This document shows positions 20,038 through 29,671 of a stretch of 64,000 nt of DNA, in pieces. Within the stretch, counting starts at the first letter, position 1. Every line of letters starts with the position of its first letter. Below the pieces are notes generated by a model, which saw nothing but the letters and a program-made list of their open reading frames with translations, did no database searches and had not been told where the DNA came from. The DNA is from an uncultured Methanomicrobiales archaeon (lineage in GTDB: Archaea > Halobacteriota > Methanomicrobia > Methanomicrobiales > Methanospirillaceae). A program made the translations under genes and the position numbers. Location: NCBI GenBank assembly GCA_903828975.1, contig CAIKOD010000038.1:3187-67186 (forward strand), in the 5' to 3' direction.

Positions 20038-20787
20038 TCAGGACTTGATCGTCCGGAACAGGTACGCTCCGGCAATGGTCATGGCAACGGTGAATCCCCC
20101 CAGCACCGCGAGACTTACAACCGGGTTAATTTGTGAGGACCCGGTCAGGCCGTACCGGATCCCCTCAACGCCATACGTGAGCGGGTCAATAAGGGTTAAC
20201 GGGATAAGGAACGGCGGCAGGCTGCTGATGGGGAAGAGTGCTCCCGAAAGGCCGAAGATCGGAAAGACGACGAAGTTCATGATCAGCTGGAACCCGGTCA
20301 TATCATCCATTCTCGACGCGATTGCGATACCGAAGGCGGTGAAGGCGATCCCGATAAGGGCCATGAAGCCGAACGCGATGAGAAATCCCGTTATGCTCTG
20401 GCTATTGAGCCCGATAAATACCGAGATCACGAGAATGATTACCCCCTGGATGAATGCCGTCGTCGCACCACCGGCTGTCTGCCCCAGCATGATTTCAAGG
20501 CGGGAGACGGGTGCGACCAGCGTCTCTTTCAAAAACCCGAACTGCTTGTCCCAGATGATCTGGATACCCGAGAAGACTGACGTAAAGAGGACGCTCATCG
20601 CGATCATACCGGGTATTAAGAAAACAACATAATTCTCATCCATGCCCGGGATTTGCACGACTGAGTTGAGCCCGAAACCAAGGAATAGGAGGAAGAATAG
20701 TGGCATACTGACACTGCCGATAATGCGGCTCTTCGATCGGACATACCGCTTCATGTTCCGGAGCCAGATGGTATAAATAATGTCCAT
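20038..20787 (-). CDS. ABC-2 type exporter permease
   Basis: Six predicted TM segments. The N-terminal WLRNMKRYVRSKSRIIGS is typical of the ABC-2 family. The start at 20787 immediately follows the ATPase stop. Confidence 0.8.
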   Translation of the reverse strand: MDIIYTIWLRNMKRYVRSKSRIIGSVSMPLFFLLFLGFGLNSVVQIPGMDENYVVFLIPGMIAMSVLFTSVFSGIQIIWDKQFGFLKETLVAPVSRLEIMLGQTAGGATTAFIQGVIILVISVFIGLNSQSITGFLIAFGFMALIGIAFTAFGIAIASRMDDMTGFQLIMNFVVFPIFGLSGALFPISSLPPFLIPLTLIDPLTYGVEGIRYGLTGSSQINPVVSLAVLGGFTVAMTIAGAYLFRTIKS

Positions 20788-20789
20788 GG

Positions 20790-21776
20790 TTACCGCCTCA
20801 TCATTTTGTGGTACATCCGCATGTTCGCCTTCCCGTCGGCTTCCTCCTCCCGGATGGTCTTGCCGGTAAAGGAGAGGAAGACGTCCTCGAGGGTGGGTTT
20901 GTGGATTGAGATTGATTCGATCGCGATACCGTCCCTGTTGAGGAGCGTCACAATAGTACTCACGTGTTGCTCGGCATTCTGCAGGCTGATGGTCACCTGC
21001 CCGTTGTGCTGCTCGATCCGTGAGACCCACGGCTCACGTAAGGCTGCGACAATGGCGGAAGGGTCTGACGATTTGATGGTGACCACATCGCCGCCGATCC
21101 CGTCCTTAAGGTTTGCAGGGGTGTCGAGCGCGATGATCTTCCCGTGATCGATGATGGCGATCCGGTTGCAGAGCCGGTCAGCTTCCTCCATGTAATGCGT
21201 GGTGAGGATGATCGTGATCCCGTGCTCTTTGTTCAGGGTTGCAATATACTGCCAGAGATGGTTCCTGGTCTGCGGGTCGAGGCCGAGTGTCGGTTCATCG
21301 AGGAAGAGCACGGCCGGACGATGGAGAAGCCCACGGGCGATCTCGAGCCTCCGCCGCATCCCGCCGGAGAACGTCTTGACGATGTCGTCTTTCCGGTCCC
21401 CGAGTTCGACGAGGGCCAGGAGCTCGGTGATCCGCTGGTTCCGGATATCCCCCGGAATGCGATACAGCCTCCCATGGAAGTCCATATTCTCCCACGCGGT
21501 AAGCTCCTCGTCGAGGCTCTGGTCCTGGAAGACGATCCCGATAGACTTCCTCACCCCGTCCTCATTATGTTCAATGTCCATTCCATTTACCGTGGCGGAG
21601 CCCGAAGTAGGTTTCAACATGGTCGAGAGCATGGCAAGGGTTGTGGTCTTCCCGGCCCCGTTCGGGCCAAGCAGGCCGAAGATCTCACCCTGTTCGATCT
21701 CGAATGAAATGTCATTCACTGCGACCAGGTCGTTAAATTTCCTGGTGAGGTGATTTACGTGTATTGCAACTGTCAT
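20790..21776 (-). CDS. ABC transporter ATP-binding protein (DrrA/CcmA-like)
   Basis: Walker A GPNGAGKTT, signature FSGGMRRRL and Walker B VLFLDEPTLGLD are present. It has the C-terminal extension seen in ABC-2 exporter ATPases. Confidence 0.9.
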   Translation of the reverse strand: MTVAIHVNHLTRKFNDLVAVNDISFEIEQGEIFGLLGPNGAGKTTTLAMLSTMLKPTSGSATVNGMDIEHNEDGVRKSIGIVFQDQSLDEELTAWENMDFHGRLYRIPGDIRNQRITELLALVELGDRKDDIVKTFSGGMRRRLEIARGLLHRPAVLFLDEPTLGLDPQTRNHLWQYIATLNKEHGITIILTTHYMEEADRLCNRIAIIDHGKIIALDTPANLKDGIGGDVVTIKSSDPSAIVAALREPWVSRIEQHNGQVTISLQNAEQHVSTIVTLLNRDGIAIESISIHKPTLEDVFLSFTGKTIREEEADGKANMRMYHKMMRR

Positions 21777-21779
21777 CTT

Positions 21780-22262
21780 TTATCCAATCCTTTTCAGATC
21801 ATCCAGACACTGTTCCAGCACCTGTACCGCATGATGCTCATTGCCTGGCGGAAGTTCGTCGAGCACGGTTTTTATCTCGAACAGCAGGCCTTTTGCATTA
21901 ACCTTTGCCCCACCGAAAATGTCGAGGATCAGGTTCTTGTAGAGCGCCATCTTCCTGTGGCTCTCCTTTCCCTGCGTTTTCACCGTATCAAGGGTCTCTC
22001 TCCCGCTCTCTGTCACCTCAAACGTGGTTTTCGCCCTCTTTCCGGTTTCGATCACTGCGATGAGGTGTTCGCCCTCGAGCTGGTGGAGCAGCGGGTACAG
22101 CGTCCCCTTGCTCGGGACCCAGAGCCCGCCGGTCTTTTCTTTGATCTCTGCGAGCAGATCATAACCTGACTTCGGGCTCGTGCTTAAGGAGTGCAGGATG
22201 AAGAGTGCGAGGAGGCTCCTTTCTTTCCCTTGCCGGGATCCGAACTTCAGCAGGCTTGTCAT
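21780..22262 (-). CDS. PadR-family transcriptional regulator
   Basis: The winged-helix motif ILHSLSTSPKSGYDLLAEIKEKTGGLWVPSKGTLYPLLHQLEGEHLI is present. It is the first gene of the ABC-2 operon. Confidence 0.8.
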   Translation of the reverse strand: MTSLLKFGSRQGKERSLLALFILHSLSTSPKSGYDLLAEIKEKTGGLWVPSKGTLYPLLHQLEGEHLIAVIETGKRAKTTFEVTESGRETLDTVKTQGKESHRKMALYKNLILDIFGGAKVNAKGLLFEIKTVLDELPPGNEHHAVQVLEQCLDDLKRIG

Positions 22263-22264
22263 GT

Positions 22265-22288
22265 TAATAGTCCGATTACGTACTATTA
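22265..22288. promoter_or_regulatory. Inverted repeat TAATAGT-N10-ACTATTA, candidate PadR operator
   Basis: Perfect 7-bp arms lie 3-26 nt upstream of the PadR start codon. A TTTATAT-like element (minus strand) lies further upstream. Confidence 0.35.
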
Positions 22289-22657
22289 TGGTAAAGGAAT
22301 TGGAAAGATATAAAGCTGAAGGTGCTGATAACGTGGCTTTTTATGACATTTTGTTCCCGACGAACTGTAAAAGGAGTTCTCCTCCGGGGACGGCGACGCA
22401 TATTGTGCACGTGACGTCGGATGAAATCAGGTACCCCGCCATACCTCTTCACAGACTATACTTCGATACTGAAACCCACCCCGATTTCCTCAGCCTGCAG
22501 TTCGGTCGTGGGTTTCTGCTACCTCACCCGGCCTCAACAAGTCCCTTCCGGATCGGGCCACCGAATACACCGTCCTCCTCCTCTTCCCTCTCTATACCTG
22601 GTAGACCCGCTTATACCTGAATGCAAATCCCCCTCGTGATGCAACATGATACATGGG

Positions 22658-23284
22658 TCAGTTCCGGGCGAAGATATACCGGAGCAGGTGCGTGTGCCTG
22701 CCCTCTTCGCCATGTTCTTCCGGGTCCTCCATCATTCCGGTCTCAAGTACCTCAAGGTTCCGGAACTCCGAGACCAGGTCCTCCCGGGAATAATAATGGA
22801 CCTCACGTCCTGGTCTGCTCTCGAAGGTATTCTCCTCGACCATCCTGCCTTTGCCGTACGTGGGCTCCTTATCAGAGAACACCACGAAGAACATCACCCC
22901 TCCCTTCTTCAGCTGCTCCCGGCACCGCTGCAGGAACGTTACCCGATCGTTCTTCCGGAAGAGATGAAGAACATTGAAACAGTAGATCCCATCGTACATC
23001 GAACCATCGAAGGGCATGTCAAGTACCGATCCATGATGATACCCGACTCCCGGAGAAGTTTGTCGCACAAGAGTCATCGCAGCTGCTGAGATCTCAATGC
23101 CGGTGACCAGAAACCCTGCCTGGTCAAACGCTGCAGCATTGCGGCCATAACCAGAGCCAGGTACAAGGACCTCGTGCACCCCGGCTTTTTTGAAGAGTCC
23201 GATCGCGTATGGCACAGTCCTGCTGGGTATATCGCCCCATATCCTGCCCTCCTCACAAAAACGCTCCTCCCAGAAGGTGCTCAT
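22658..23284 (-). CDS. Class I SAM-dependent methyltransferase
   Basis: Motif I VLVPGSGYGRNA and the post-I acidic residue (GIEIS) are present. 208 aa. Confidence 0.7.
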   Translation of the reverse strand: MSTFWEERFCEEGRIWGDIPSRTVPYAIGLFKKAGVHEVLVPGSGYGRNAAAFDQAGFLVTGIEISAAAMTLVRQTSPGVGYHHGSVLDMPFDGSMYDGIYCFNVLHLFRKNDRVTFLQRCREQLKKGGVMFFVVFSDKEPTYGKGRMVEENTFESRPGREVHYYSREDLVSEFRNLEVLETGMMEDPEEHGEEGRHTHLLRYIFARN

Positions 23285-23644
23285 AGATGAATTGTTGTCT
23301 CCACAGGGAAAGTACCTGCCGGAAGAAGCAGGTACAGAATAGAACCTACCCGGGGGAACATGTAGAACCGGCAGATTATGTTTATCCTGATGAACGAAAA
23401 TGTCACTAAAAGCCTGGTAATTATTTTGGAAAGGTGTGGTAGCTAAACCACCATGCTCCCCTCATTATCGCGAAGGGAAACTACTCCGGTCATCGGCTTT
23501 CCAGGAAATCTGGCATCAGTTCTCTCTTGTCGCACTCCATGGTAGTACCAATCCCGAATGCACCGGATCCTTTTCGGTGCCCGGTCGCTGTAAAAAAATG
23601 GGACCTGGGTGTCCACCCGGGGTTCAGATACCTAACCTTTTTTA

Positions 23645-23905
23645 TCAGGGGGGCGATTCCTGGAGTACCGCCCGGCCTTTTCCTGTAATCGTCAGGAGAA
23701 TTTCTGAACGTGTGAGACCCTCTAAAAGGTATCTCCTCAAAACCAACTGGCGGACCCTTGAGCGGACCGAATATTCACCCTGTCCCGGAAGAAGCCTTGC
23801 AACAATATTACTTATGGTGCAGTCCGGTTCATCTGATACGACCTGCAGGACCTGGATATACGTGTTATCGGGCACGAATTCCCGCTGACTGAACAATTTC
23901 CTCAT
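23645..23905 (-). CDS. Small winged-helix DNA-binding protein
   Basis: 86 aa. IQVLQVVSDEPDCTISNIVARL...RVRQLVLRRYLL resembles MarR/ArsR-like wHTH proteins. Confidence 0.45.
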   Translation of the reverse strand: MRKLFSQREFVPDNTYIQVLQVVSDEPDCTISNIVARLLPGQGEYSVRSRVRQLVLRRYLLEGLTRSEILLTITGKGRAVLQESPP

Positions 23906-24054
23906 ATGAACCCTGTCTTAAATATTTGATCACAATTTTTCAGTACTAAATTCACGAAACCAGTGAACAGCTACATCCTGCCCCGGTTAAAAAAATCCCG
24001 GGTTCCTGGAAAAAATCCCGGCCTTTCCAGGGCAAAAGTCCTTCTATTGCGTTA

Positions 24055-24315
24055 TCAGCAAGGCACGCTCTCTTTTATTTTAATCCGGTACGTGCAGCCA
24101 TGAAACCTGGATTTCTCAAGCACTACCGTGAAAGGTAAATGCGGCATATTTTTTGCCCGCTCAAGGAATTTTGCAACGACAACCCCGTCAACCCGGAGAT
24201 TACACTTCCGGATGATTACTCCGACATGACCTGTCAGCACCGTACCCTTTTTTAGAGAAGAAAGGAGCGATTCGCGGATTTCCCATTGTATTCTTCGAAT
24301 TTCACTCTTTTCCAT
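24055..24315 (-). CDS. Hypothetical protein
   Basis: 86-aa ORF in tandem with the wHTH gene. No family recognised. Confidence 0.35.
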   Translation of the reverse strand: MEKSEIRRIQWEIRESLLSSLKKGTVLTGHVGVIIRKCNLRVDGVVVAKFLERAKNMPHLPFTVVLEKSRFHGCTYRIKIKESVPC

Positions 24316-24503
24316 ACGGTATATAGGGGGCTCCTGGTAGTCATAGCTATGCTACAAAAAATTAGTTATGGGCGTGGAATTTTGAAACTAAATTGTAAAG
24401 AGGAAATATGTATGTACCCGTCACCAGCCGGGTCTATCCAGAGCTTGGCCGACCAGTTAGTATGATCCGGACTAAACACCCAGAAGAGCATTGCTTATTA
24501 ATC

Positions 24504-24763
24504 GGCTTTGTTGAAACCCTTCGGTAATATAAAAAATAAGAGGGAAATACGAAGACAGGAGGGGGTTTCACCCCCTCCCTGCCCCACCCCCATTAAGATA
24601 TTCTTCGGGCAGGGTTTCCCGAAGGCTCATTAAATTCAGAGTATTGGGGGATAGTCTCTATCCCAACCGGGGCGCCACAGCGGCGGGGCGGAGCCCCGAG
24701 AACGTAAATACATTTCAGAATAATCAGGATTCTGGGTATCTATTATAGCTTTTCAACAGAGCG
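24504..24763 (+). mobile_element. MITE family 1, copy 3 (short form) with perfect 8-bp TSD
   Basis: GGCTTTGTTGAAACCC...CTTTTCAACAGAGCG is flanked by TATTAATC at 24496-24503 and at 24764-24771. It contains hairpin A (GGAGGGGGTTTCACCCCCTCC) and the GGGGCGCC..GGCGGGGCGGAGCCCC core. Confidence 0.85.
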
Positions 24764-24794
24764 TATTAATCCTTATTTCTCCTATCTGCCTGTA

Positions 24795-25439
24795 ATGAAG
24801 CTGATCAGACTCGGGATTATTGGCGGTCTTCTCTTTACGTTTATTGTTACCATTGCGGTATACCCTGTCATGCCAGACCAGGTTGCATCCCACTGGAACG
24901 CCGCTGGCGAGTTAAATGGCACTATGTCGAAGTTCTGGGGCCTCTTCCTTATCCCGTTTATTATGGCAGGATTTGTTGCGTTATTAACGGTACTTCCTCA
25001 GGTTGACCCGTTGAAAAAAAATTACGATAAATTCAGGGGATATTATGATGGTTTTATCCTGGTATTTGTCATATACCTTCTCGTTATCCAGGTACAGATC
25101 CTGTTATGGAGTCTCGGGGTTGAAATCAGCCCAAATCTTACATTTCCCATATTATTTGGCCTGCTGTTCATCTATCTCGGGTTCCTCATCGGGCACGCGG
25201 AACAGAACTGGTTTGTCGGGATCAGGACCCCCTGGACACTCAGCAGTGAATCAGTCTGGAAAAAGACTCATCTGCTTGGTGGAAAATTGTTCAAAATTGC
25301 AGGACTTATCTGTTTCCTGGGATTATTGTTCCAGGATTATGCGATATGGATCATCATGGTCCCCATTATACTGGTATCCTGTTATACCATCATCTACTCA
25401 TACACGGAGTACCAGAAAGAGATTCAGGCCGCCTCCTGA
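24795..25439 (+). CDS. SdpI/YhfL-family membrane protein (DUF1648 + SdpI domains)
   Basis: PDQVASHWNAAGELNG (DUF1648 motif) and NWFVGIRTPWTLSSESVW (SdpI motif) are present. The protein is polytopic. Confidence 0.7.
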   Translation: MKLIRLGIIGGLLFTFIVTIAVYPVMPDQVASHWNAAGELNGTMSKFWGLFLIPFIMAGFVALLTVLPQVDPLKKNYDKFRGYYDGFILVFVIYLLVIQVQILLWSLGVEISPNLTFPILFGLLFIYLGFLIGHAEQNWFVGIRTPWTLSSESVWKKTHLLGGKLFKIAGLICFLGLLFQDYAIWIIMVPIILVSCYTIIYSYTEYQKEIQAAS

Positions 25440-25705
25440 TTTTGCGAAATAAGGATAGATTATCACTTTTTTGTATCAAGCGCCACGATGCGGGCCATGA
25501 AAAGTTACAAAGCCTGGAATTCAGGTAGAGGGGTACCGGTTCGGACCGTGATCTGCCGGTTAAGATGATGCAACCAGGATACACGTGATTAATTTTGTGA
25601 GGTAAGGAAACCTCCCTGCTCCATTCATTGCCCTGATGGGGGACCACAGCTCTGCCGCAACTCAGTAACAACCCCTCTGGAACTGGAACCACCTTTTCCC
25701 CGCTG

Positions 25706-27196
25706 TTATGTACTAGGTTGAGTTGCCGGGTCTTCGTCACCTGACTGGTAATCAGGATGTGTCTCCTGTCGTGCAAGGACTGCAAGGATCAGGATAATGA
25801 TGCCGACCGCAAACGCAAACAAAAATGCCAGGTCAAAACCTGCCGTGAGCACTTCTATCCTGATGTATGCCGGTGCTACCTCTGTAATCCTGTTGTGACT
25901 GGCAATTGCGTTAATACCCTGGATAAATACGATATTGAAGATGGCAATGCCGATTGTCATGGGAGCAAACCGCTCAAGACTGGTAAGGCTTGAGACCATG
26001 CCCTGGTATTTTTTTCCGACCGAGTTCATGATCATGTTGGATGCCGGTGTCAGCATCAGGCCAAGACCGAATCCGATCAGTACCAGGCACAGGACTACAA
26101 ACCCGGTGGTCGTATCCGGGCGGATACGTGTCAAGAGGAAATACCCTGCAACAATTGAAATCCCGGCAGCGATACTGAGCAATCTGCCGCCTGCCCGGTT
26201 ATAGAGCATACCTGCAAGGATTCCGCCCACCATCATGGCAACCGATAGTGACGTCAGTATGAGCCCGGCAACCGAGGGGGTGAACCCCTGTACATACTGG
26301 AGATAGAAGGGGAGCAGGTAACTGATACCGGCAAAGCTGAAGAACAGCAGGACCATCGTGGTGTTGGTAAGGAGGAAATTTTTCCGTTTAAACAGGCGAA
26401 GTTCCAGCAGCGGGTCAGCAGCCCTGAGCTCGCACCAGACAAAGCCGCCAAGCGTGATAAGTGCCAGTACAAAGCTGCCGAGGATGACCGGGTCGGTCCA
26501 TCCAAGTGTCTGCCCTTCTGATAACGCAAAGAGCAGGGAGGCCAGGCCCGTGAATATCAGGACTGCGCCCGCCCGGTCGAACCCGGTCGTTCGTTCCCGG
26601 GCCTTCACCGCCGGGATCACCTTTGCACCAAGGAAAATCGCACAAATTCCGACCGGGACATTGATGAAGAAGATCCAGTTCCAGGAGAGGAACTGCGTGA
26701 GTACACCGCCGATAGTCGGCCCGATTGCCGTCCCAAGGGCGGCGAATGTAAGCACGATGCCCATGGCTTTTCCTTTCTGCTTCATTGGAATATACGCCGT
26801 GACCATCGCGGGTCCGATTGCGGTGATCATGGCGCCCCCGACCGCCTGGAATGCCCGTGAACCGATAAGGACCAGGAAGGAATTGATCAAATCCGGAAGA
26901 AGTCCGCAGGAAAATGATCCGATGGTGAAGATCAGGAAACCTGACAGGAACACTTTTTTAAATCCTATCACGTCTGACACTTTTCCGAAGATCAGGACGC
27001 ACCCGGCCATTACCAGCAGGTAAATAGTCGATACCCAGCTCACCGTGCTTGTAGTGACGTTGAATGCTTCAGATATTGTAGGGAGTGCGATATTGACAAT
27101 TGTTCCATCAAGCGCCGACATAAATGTGGCGAGTGATATTGAAATGATGAGGAGCGTGAAACTTTTCTGGGAAGTCCCTGCCCGGCCCGAGTCCAT
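25706..27196 (-). CDS. MFS transporter, DHA2 (EmrB/QacA-like) family
   Basis: 496 aa with ~14 TM segments. LDGTIVNIALPTI and GKVSDVIGFKK motifs are present. Confidence 0.85.
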   Translation of the reverse strand: MDSGRAGTSQKSFTLLIISISLATFMSALDGTIVNIALPTISEAFNVTTSTVSWVSTIYLLVMAGCVLIFGKVSDVIGFKKVFLSGFLIFTIGSFSCGLLPDLINSFLVLIGSRAFQAVGGAMITAIGPAMVTAYIPMKQKGKAMGIVLTFAALGTAIGPTIGGVLTQFLSWNWIFFINVPVGICAIFLGAKVIPAVKARERTTGFDRAGAVLIFTGLASLLFALSEGQTLGWTDPVILGSFVLALITLGGFVWCELRAADPLLELRLFKRKNFLLTNTTMVLLFFSFAGISYLLPFYLQYVQGFTPSVAGLILTSLSVAMMVGGILAGMLYNRAGGRLLSIAAGISIVAGYFLLTRIRPDTTTGFVVLCLVLIGFGLGLMLTPASNMIMNSVGKKYQGMVSSLTSLERFAPMTIGIAIFNIVFIQGINAIASHNRITEVAPAYIRIEVLTAGFDLAFLFAFAVGIIILILAVLARQETHPDYQSGDEDPATQPST

Positions 27197-27331
27197 ACCT
27201 CCCCTTTAGGCTTTCCGGGCATAAGATGGTTGCCGTATTTTTTCTGAACAGAAATGTTCCGGTAACGACCTTGAAATTTCGACCCGCGGGTATGAATGAA
27301 AAGGTCCATGGTACCGGGTTTCACATTTTTT

Positions 27332-27696
27332 GGGCTTGTTGAAAACACATATGAACGGGCGCTCACAACCTGATCATAAAAAAGGCTGGTTCAAAATCTC
27401 CTTTTATTAGGATCCGATCAGGCATTTAATAGGAAAGTGCGGTGTTGTTGAAAAACACTCAATCTGTCTTGTTGATTGAGTTATCCCAACATTAGTCATG
27501 CTCCCGGCTCATTGCCCGCTGCTTTGGCGGCCCCGGTTGGGATAGAGATGAAGTCGTGGAACATCTGGAATATTTAAAAAATCAATTGAAACCATTGCTT
27601 AAGAGTATCTTATTGGGGGTAGGGCCGGGAGGGGGTGAAACCCCCTCCTGTTAATGTATTCCTCGTTTTTTAAAAACTATGCAGGATTTCAACACG
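27332..27696 (-). mobile_element. MITE family 1, copy 4 (long form, reverse orientation)
   Basis: GGGCTTGTTGAAAACACATATGAACGGGCGCTCAC (reverse of the hairpin module), then the reverse core, GGGAGGGGGTGAAACCCCCTCC and GGATTTCAACACG. It lies upstream of the MFS gene. No TSD seen. Confidence 0.75.
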
Positions 27697-27764
27697 TCCA
27701 TCTTTTAAAGAACATATGCTGCCCGGGCCATTCAATCATATCGCAAATCCGGGAATATCCAGGG

Positions 27765-28166
27765 TTACGTCTTCAATAGTCCTCTCTTAATCGCCATTTT
27801 TTTGATTTTATCTTTAATATTGGGACTGTTTTCCATACGGTGCCATTCAGAGTCACTCATCCCCATAAAAAAACCGCATGGACATTTAATCCAGGTCTCA
27901 TATTTATCAGGGAATTCTGCACGGAGGGTTGATTTTCCACACTGGGGGCAGATTAGTTTTACCTGGTTTATAGAAGTGGTAACTTCGCTGTCCATGTCGT
28001 GTTCCACGACCGGTGGATCCCCGGAAAGGGGCTTGCTGTAATCGGTTTTCCCACCGCCTGAAACCGTCCGCGCTTTCACTCCCGGATCTTTGGACATGTT
28101 TTGTGCGGTGTCCTTCGCGTCAGCATATAAGGTCTTATCTGCCTTAATTTTTGAATTTTCAGTCAT
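27765..28166 (-). CDS. Hypothetical zinc-ribbon protein
   Basis: 133 aa. CPQCG...CPCG cysteine pairs follow a disordered N-terminal half. Confidence 0.45.
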   Translation of the reverse strand: MTENSKIKADKTLYADAKDTAQNMSKDPGVKARTVSGGGKTDYSKPLSGDPPVVEHDMDSEVTTSINQVKLICPQCGKSTLRAEFPDKYETWIKCPCGFFMGMSDSEWHRMENSPNIKDKIKKMAIKRGLLKT

Positions 28167-28359
28167 TTTGTTTCCAACCCCTGGTCCCTGGTATAATTTT
28201 TTAAGAACTTGTCATTGACAGATAAAAAATTTAACCCATTATCAATGGTAACCTCCAATTGTGTGTAGAAGTATATCCCTCTAACCTGTTGTTGCAAAAT
28301 TTGAACCAGTCGTTTTTAGAAAGAAATTCTCTGGGAATAGACTATTCCCGTTTATATTG

Positions 28360-29343
28360 TTACCGGGCGTCCTTTCCATACAGTATGACGGCGGCTAACC
28401 CTAACACTCCAGCAATTAAGACTATATCGGGTCCCGGGGCCTTGGTGGTCGCAGGAAGCGGACTTGTCGGTGCACTGGTAAGGGGTGTAGTTGGTGGCGC
28501 TGTTGTCTGAACTGCCGATGTGGCAGCGGTTATCACTTCTGTTGTTGCAACCGTGACCGGTCGTGTCGTACTGAAGACGCTTGTCTGGGTCGGTGAAACC
28601 GATGATGTGATTAGGGGGTTTGAACTCAAGATCTCGACATTTCCTGTCTGTGGCGTCATCGTCTTACCATTTACCGGGTAGTTGTCCTTCATACTGTTCA
28701 CATTACTGACAGCCCAAACTGTATAGGTGCCGGATGCATAGGTGCTGGTATCCCAGACAGGGCCTGTCGAAAATGGTGATGTGCTGATCATAATGTCAAT
28801 CAGCGGGTAATTGGATACCGCTGCAAGCTCGTTTCCGTTGGGCGTCCTTACGTGTATCGTTACAGGCATCATTGAGACGCCCGGCCTGTTTGCGATGGGA
28901 ATGAGGTTTGTCTCAACTGTGAAACCCACCTGGTCACCTTTCGGCACCCACGTCGTCGTCCCCGTCACTTCAAAATTCGAGGTTTCATCCTGGATCCTGA
29001 GGGTTAGTCTCGGGTCTTCCACGTAAAATGCGAGTTTTCTATCGGGAAGGGTATACCAGGGACCGGTCCTGCCAACAAAGGTATCCGGTGCAATATAGAA
29101 GTTTTTCACGTCATCCACCGAAGTTGTTGCCGATGGGGCACCTGAAGTAACATTGATCCCAGTCCCGAACCAGCCGATCGTCTCGTAGCGTGTTACCCCT
29201 GTCTGGGTGATATCAAGGCCCTGTTCGCCAATAAATACCGTCCCACCCTGGGGGACCGTAAAAAGCGCCCCGCTTGCGGGTAACACTAACAATAAGGTCA
29301 CGACAAACGCTGCAACAGTATACAATTTTAACCACTTCAACAT
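28360..29343 (-). CDS. Surface glycoprotein, short paralogue of the S-layer protein N-terminal domain, with a C-terminal TM anchor
   Basis: VPQGGTVFIGEQGLDIT, GRTGPWY and NSMKDNYP align with VPPGGTVFIGEQDLNLT, RRTGNWY and NGMKDNYK of 12915-15680. A T/S/P linker is followed by PGPDIVLIAGVLGLAAVILYGKDAR. Confidence 0.8.
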   Translation of the reverse strand: MLKWLKLYTVAAFVVTLLLVLPASGALFTVPQGGTVFIGEQGLDITQTGVTRYETIGWFGTGINVTSGAPSATTSVDDVKNFYIAPDTFVGRTGPWYTLPDRKLAFYVEDPRLTLRIQDETSNFEVTGTTTWVPKGDQVGFTVETNLIPIANRPGVSMMPVTIHVRTPNGNELAAVSNYPLIDIMISTSPFSTGPVWDTSTYASGTYTVWAVSNVNSMKDNYPVNGKTMTPQTGNVEILSSNPLITSSVSPTQTSVFSTTRPVTVATTEVITAATSAVQTTAPPTTPLTSAPTSPLPATTKAPGPDIVLIAGVLGLAAVILYGKDAR

Positions 29344-29671
29344 ACCCTTGTCTCCTCATGCAATTTTTTTGATAGTGCAAAATAGGGAAGGGATATGATA
29401 AAACTGATCCTGAAAAGCATGATTAAGAACGTCAGGTTGGAAGTCTTCCGATGAATAATCCAGGAATTCCCGGGCCGTAAGATTCGTCTTTCTCCGGATA
29501 CAACACCCAGTTGCATTGCTTTATTACCATAATGAATAATGTGAGGATCCGGCCGAAATTGCTGGTCTTCCGGACGCAGTTCCTGGTCATGGGGATTAAT
29601 TGAGATTACGGTGATAGTTGATTAACGGGAGTATACCTGCTCTCCCTGACATAATTCACCTTTATTATGTG

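Noticed and set aside
23312-23335. Perfect 8-bp hairpin GTACCTGC-N8-GCAGGTAC upstream of the methyltransferase gene
   Set aside because: It is an isolated short hairpin with no second copy and no recognisable riboswitch or operator context, so there is not enough to propose a function.
17113-27023. Antisense ORFs opposite the MFS, ABC and related genes (17113-17610, 17806-18222, 19979-20632, 21144-21707, 21199-21753, 26358-27023)
   Set aside because: The sense strands encode transporters with clear Walker and MFS motifs. The antisense frames lack motifs.
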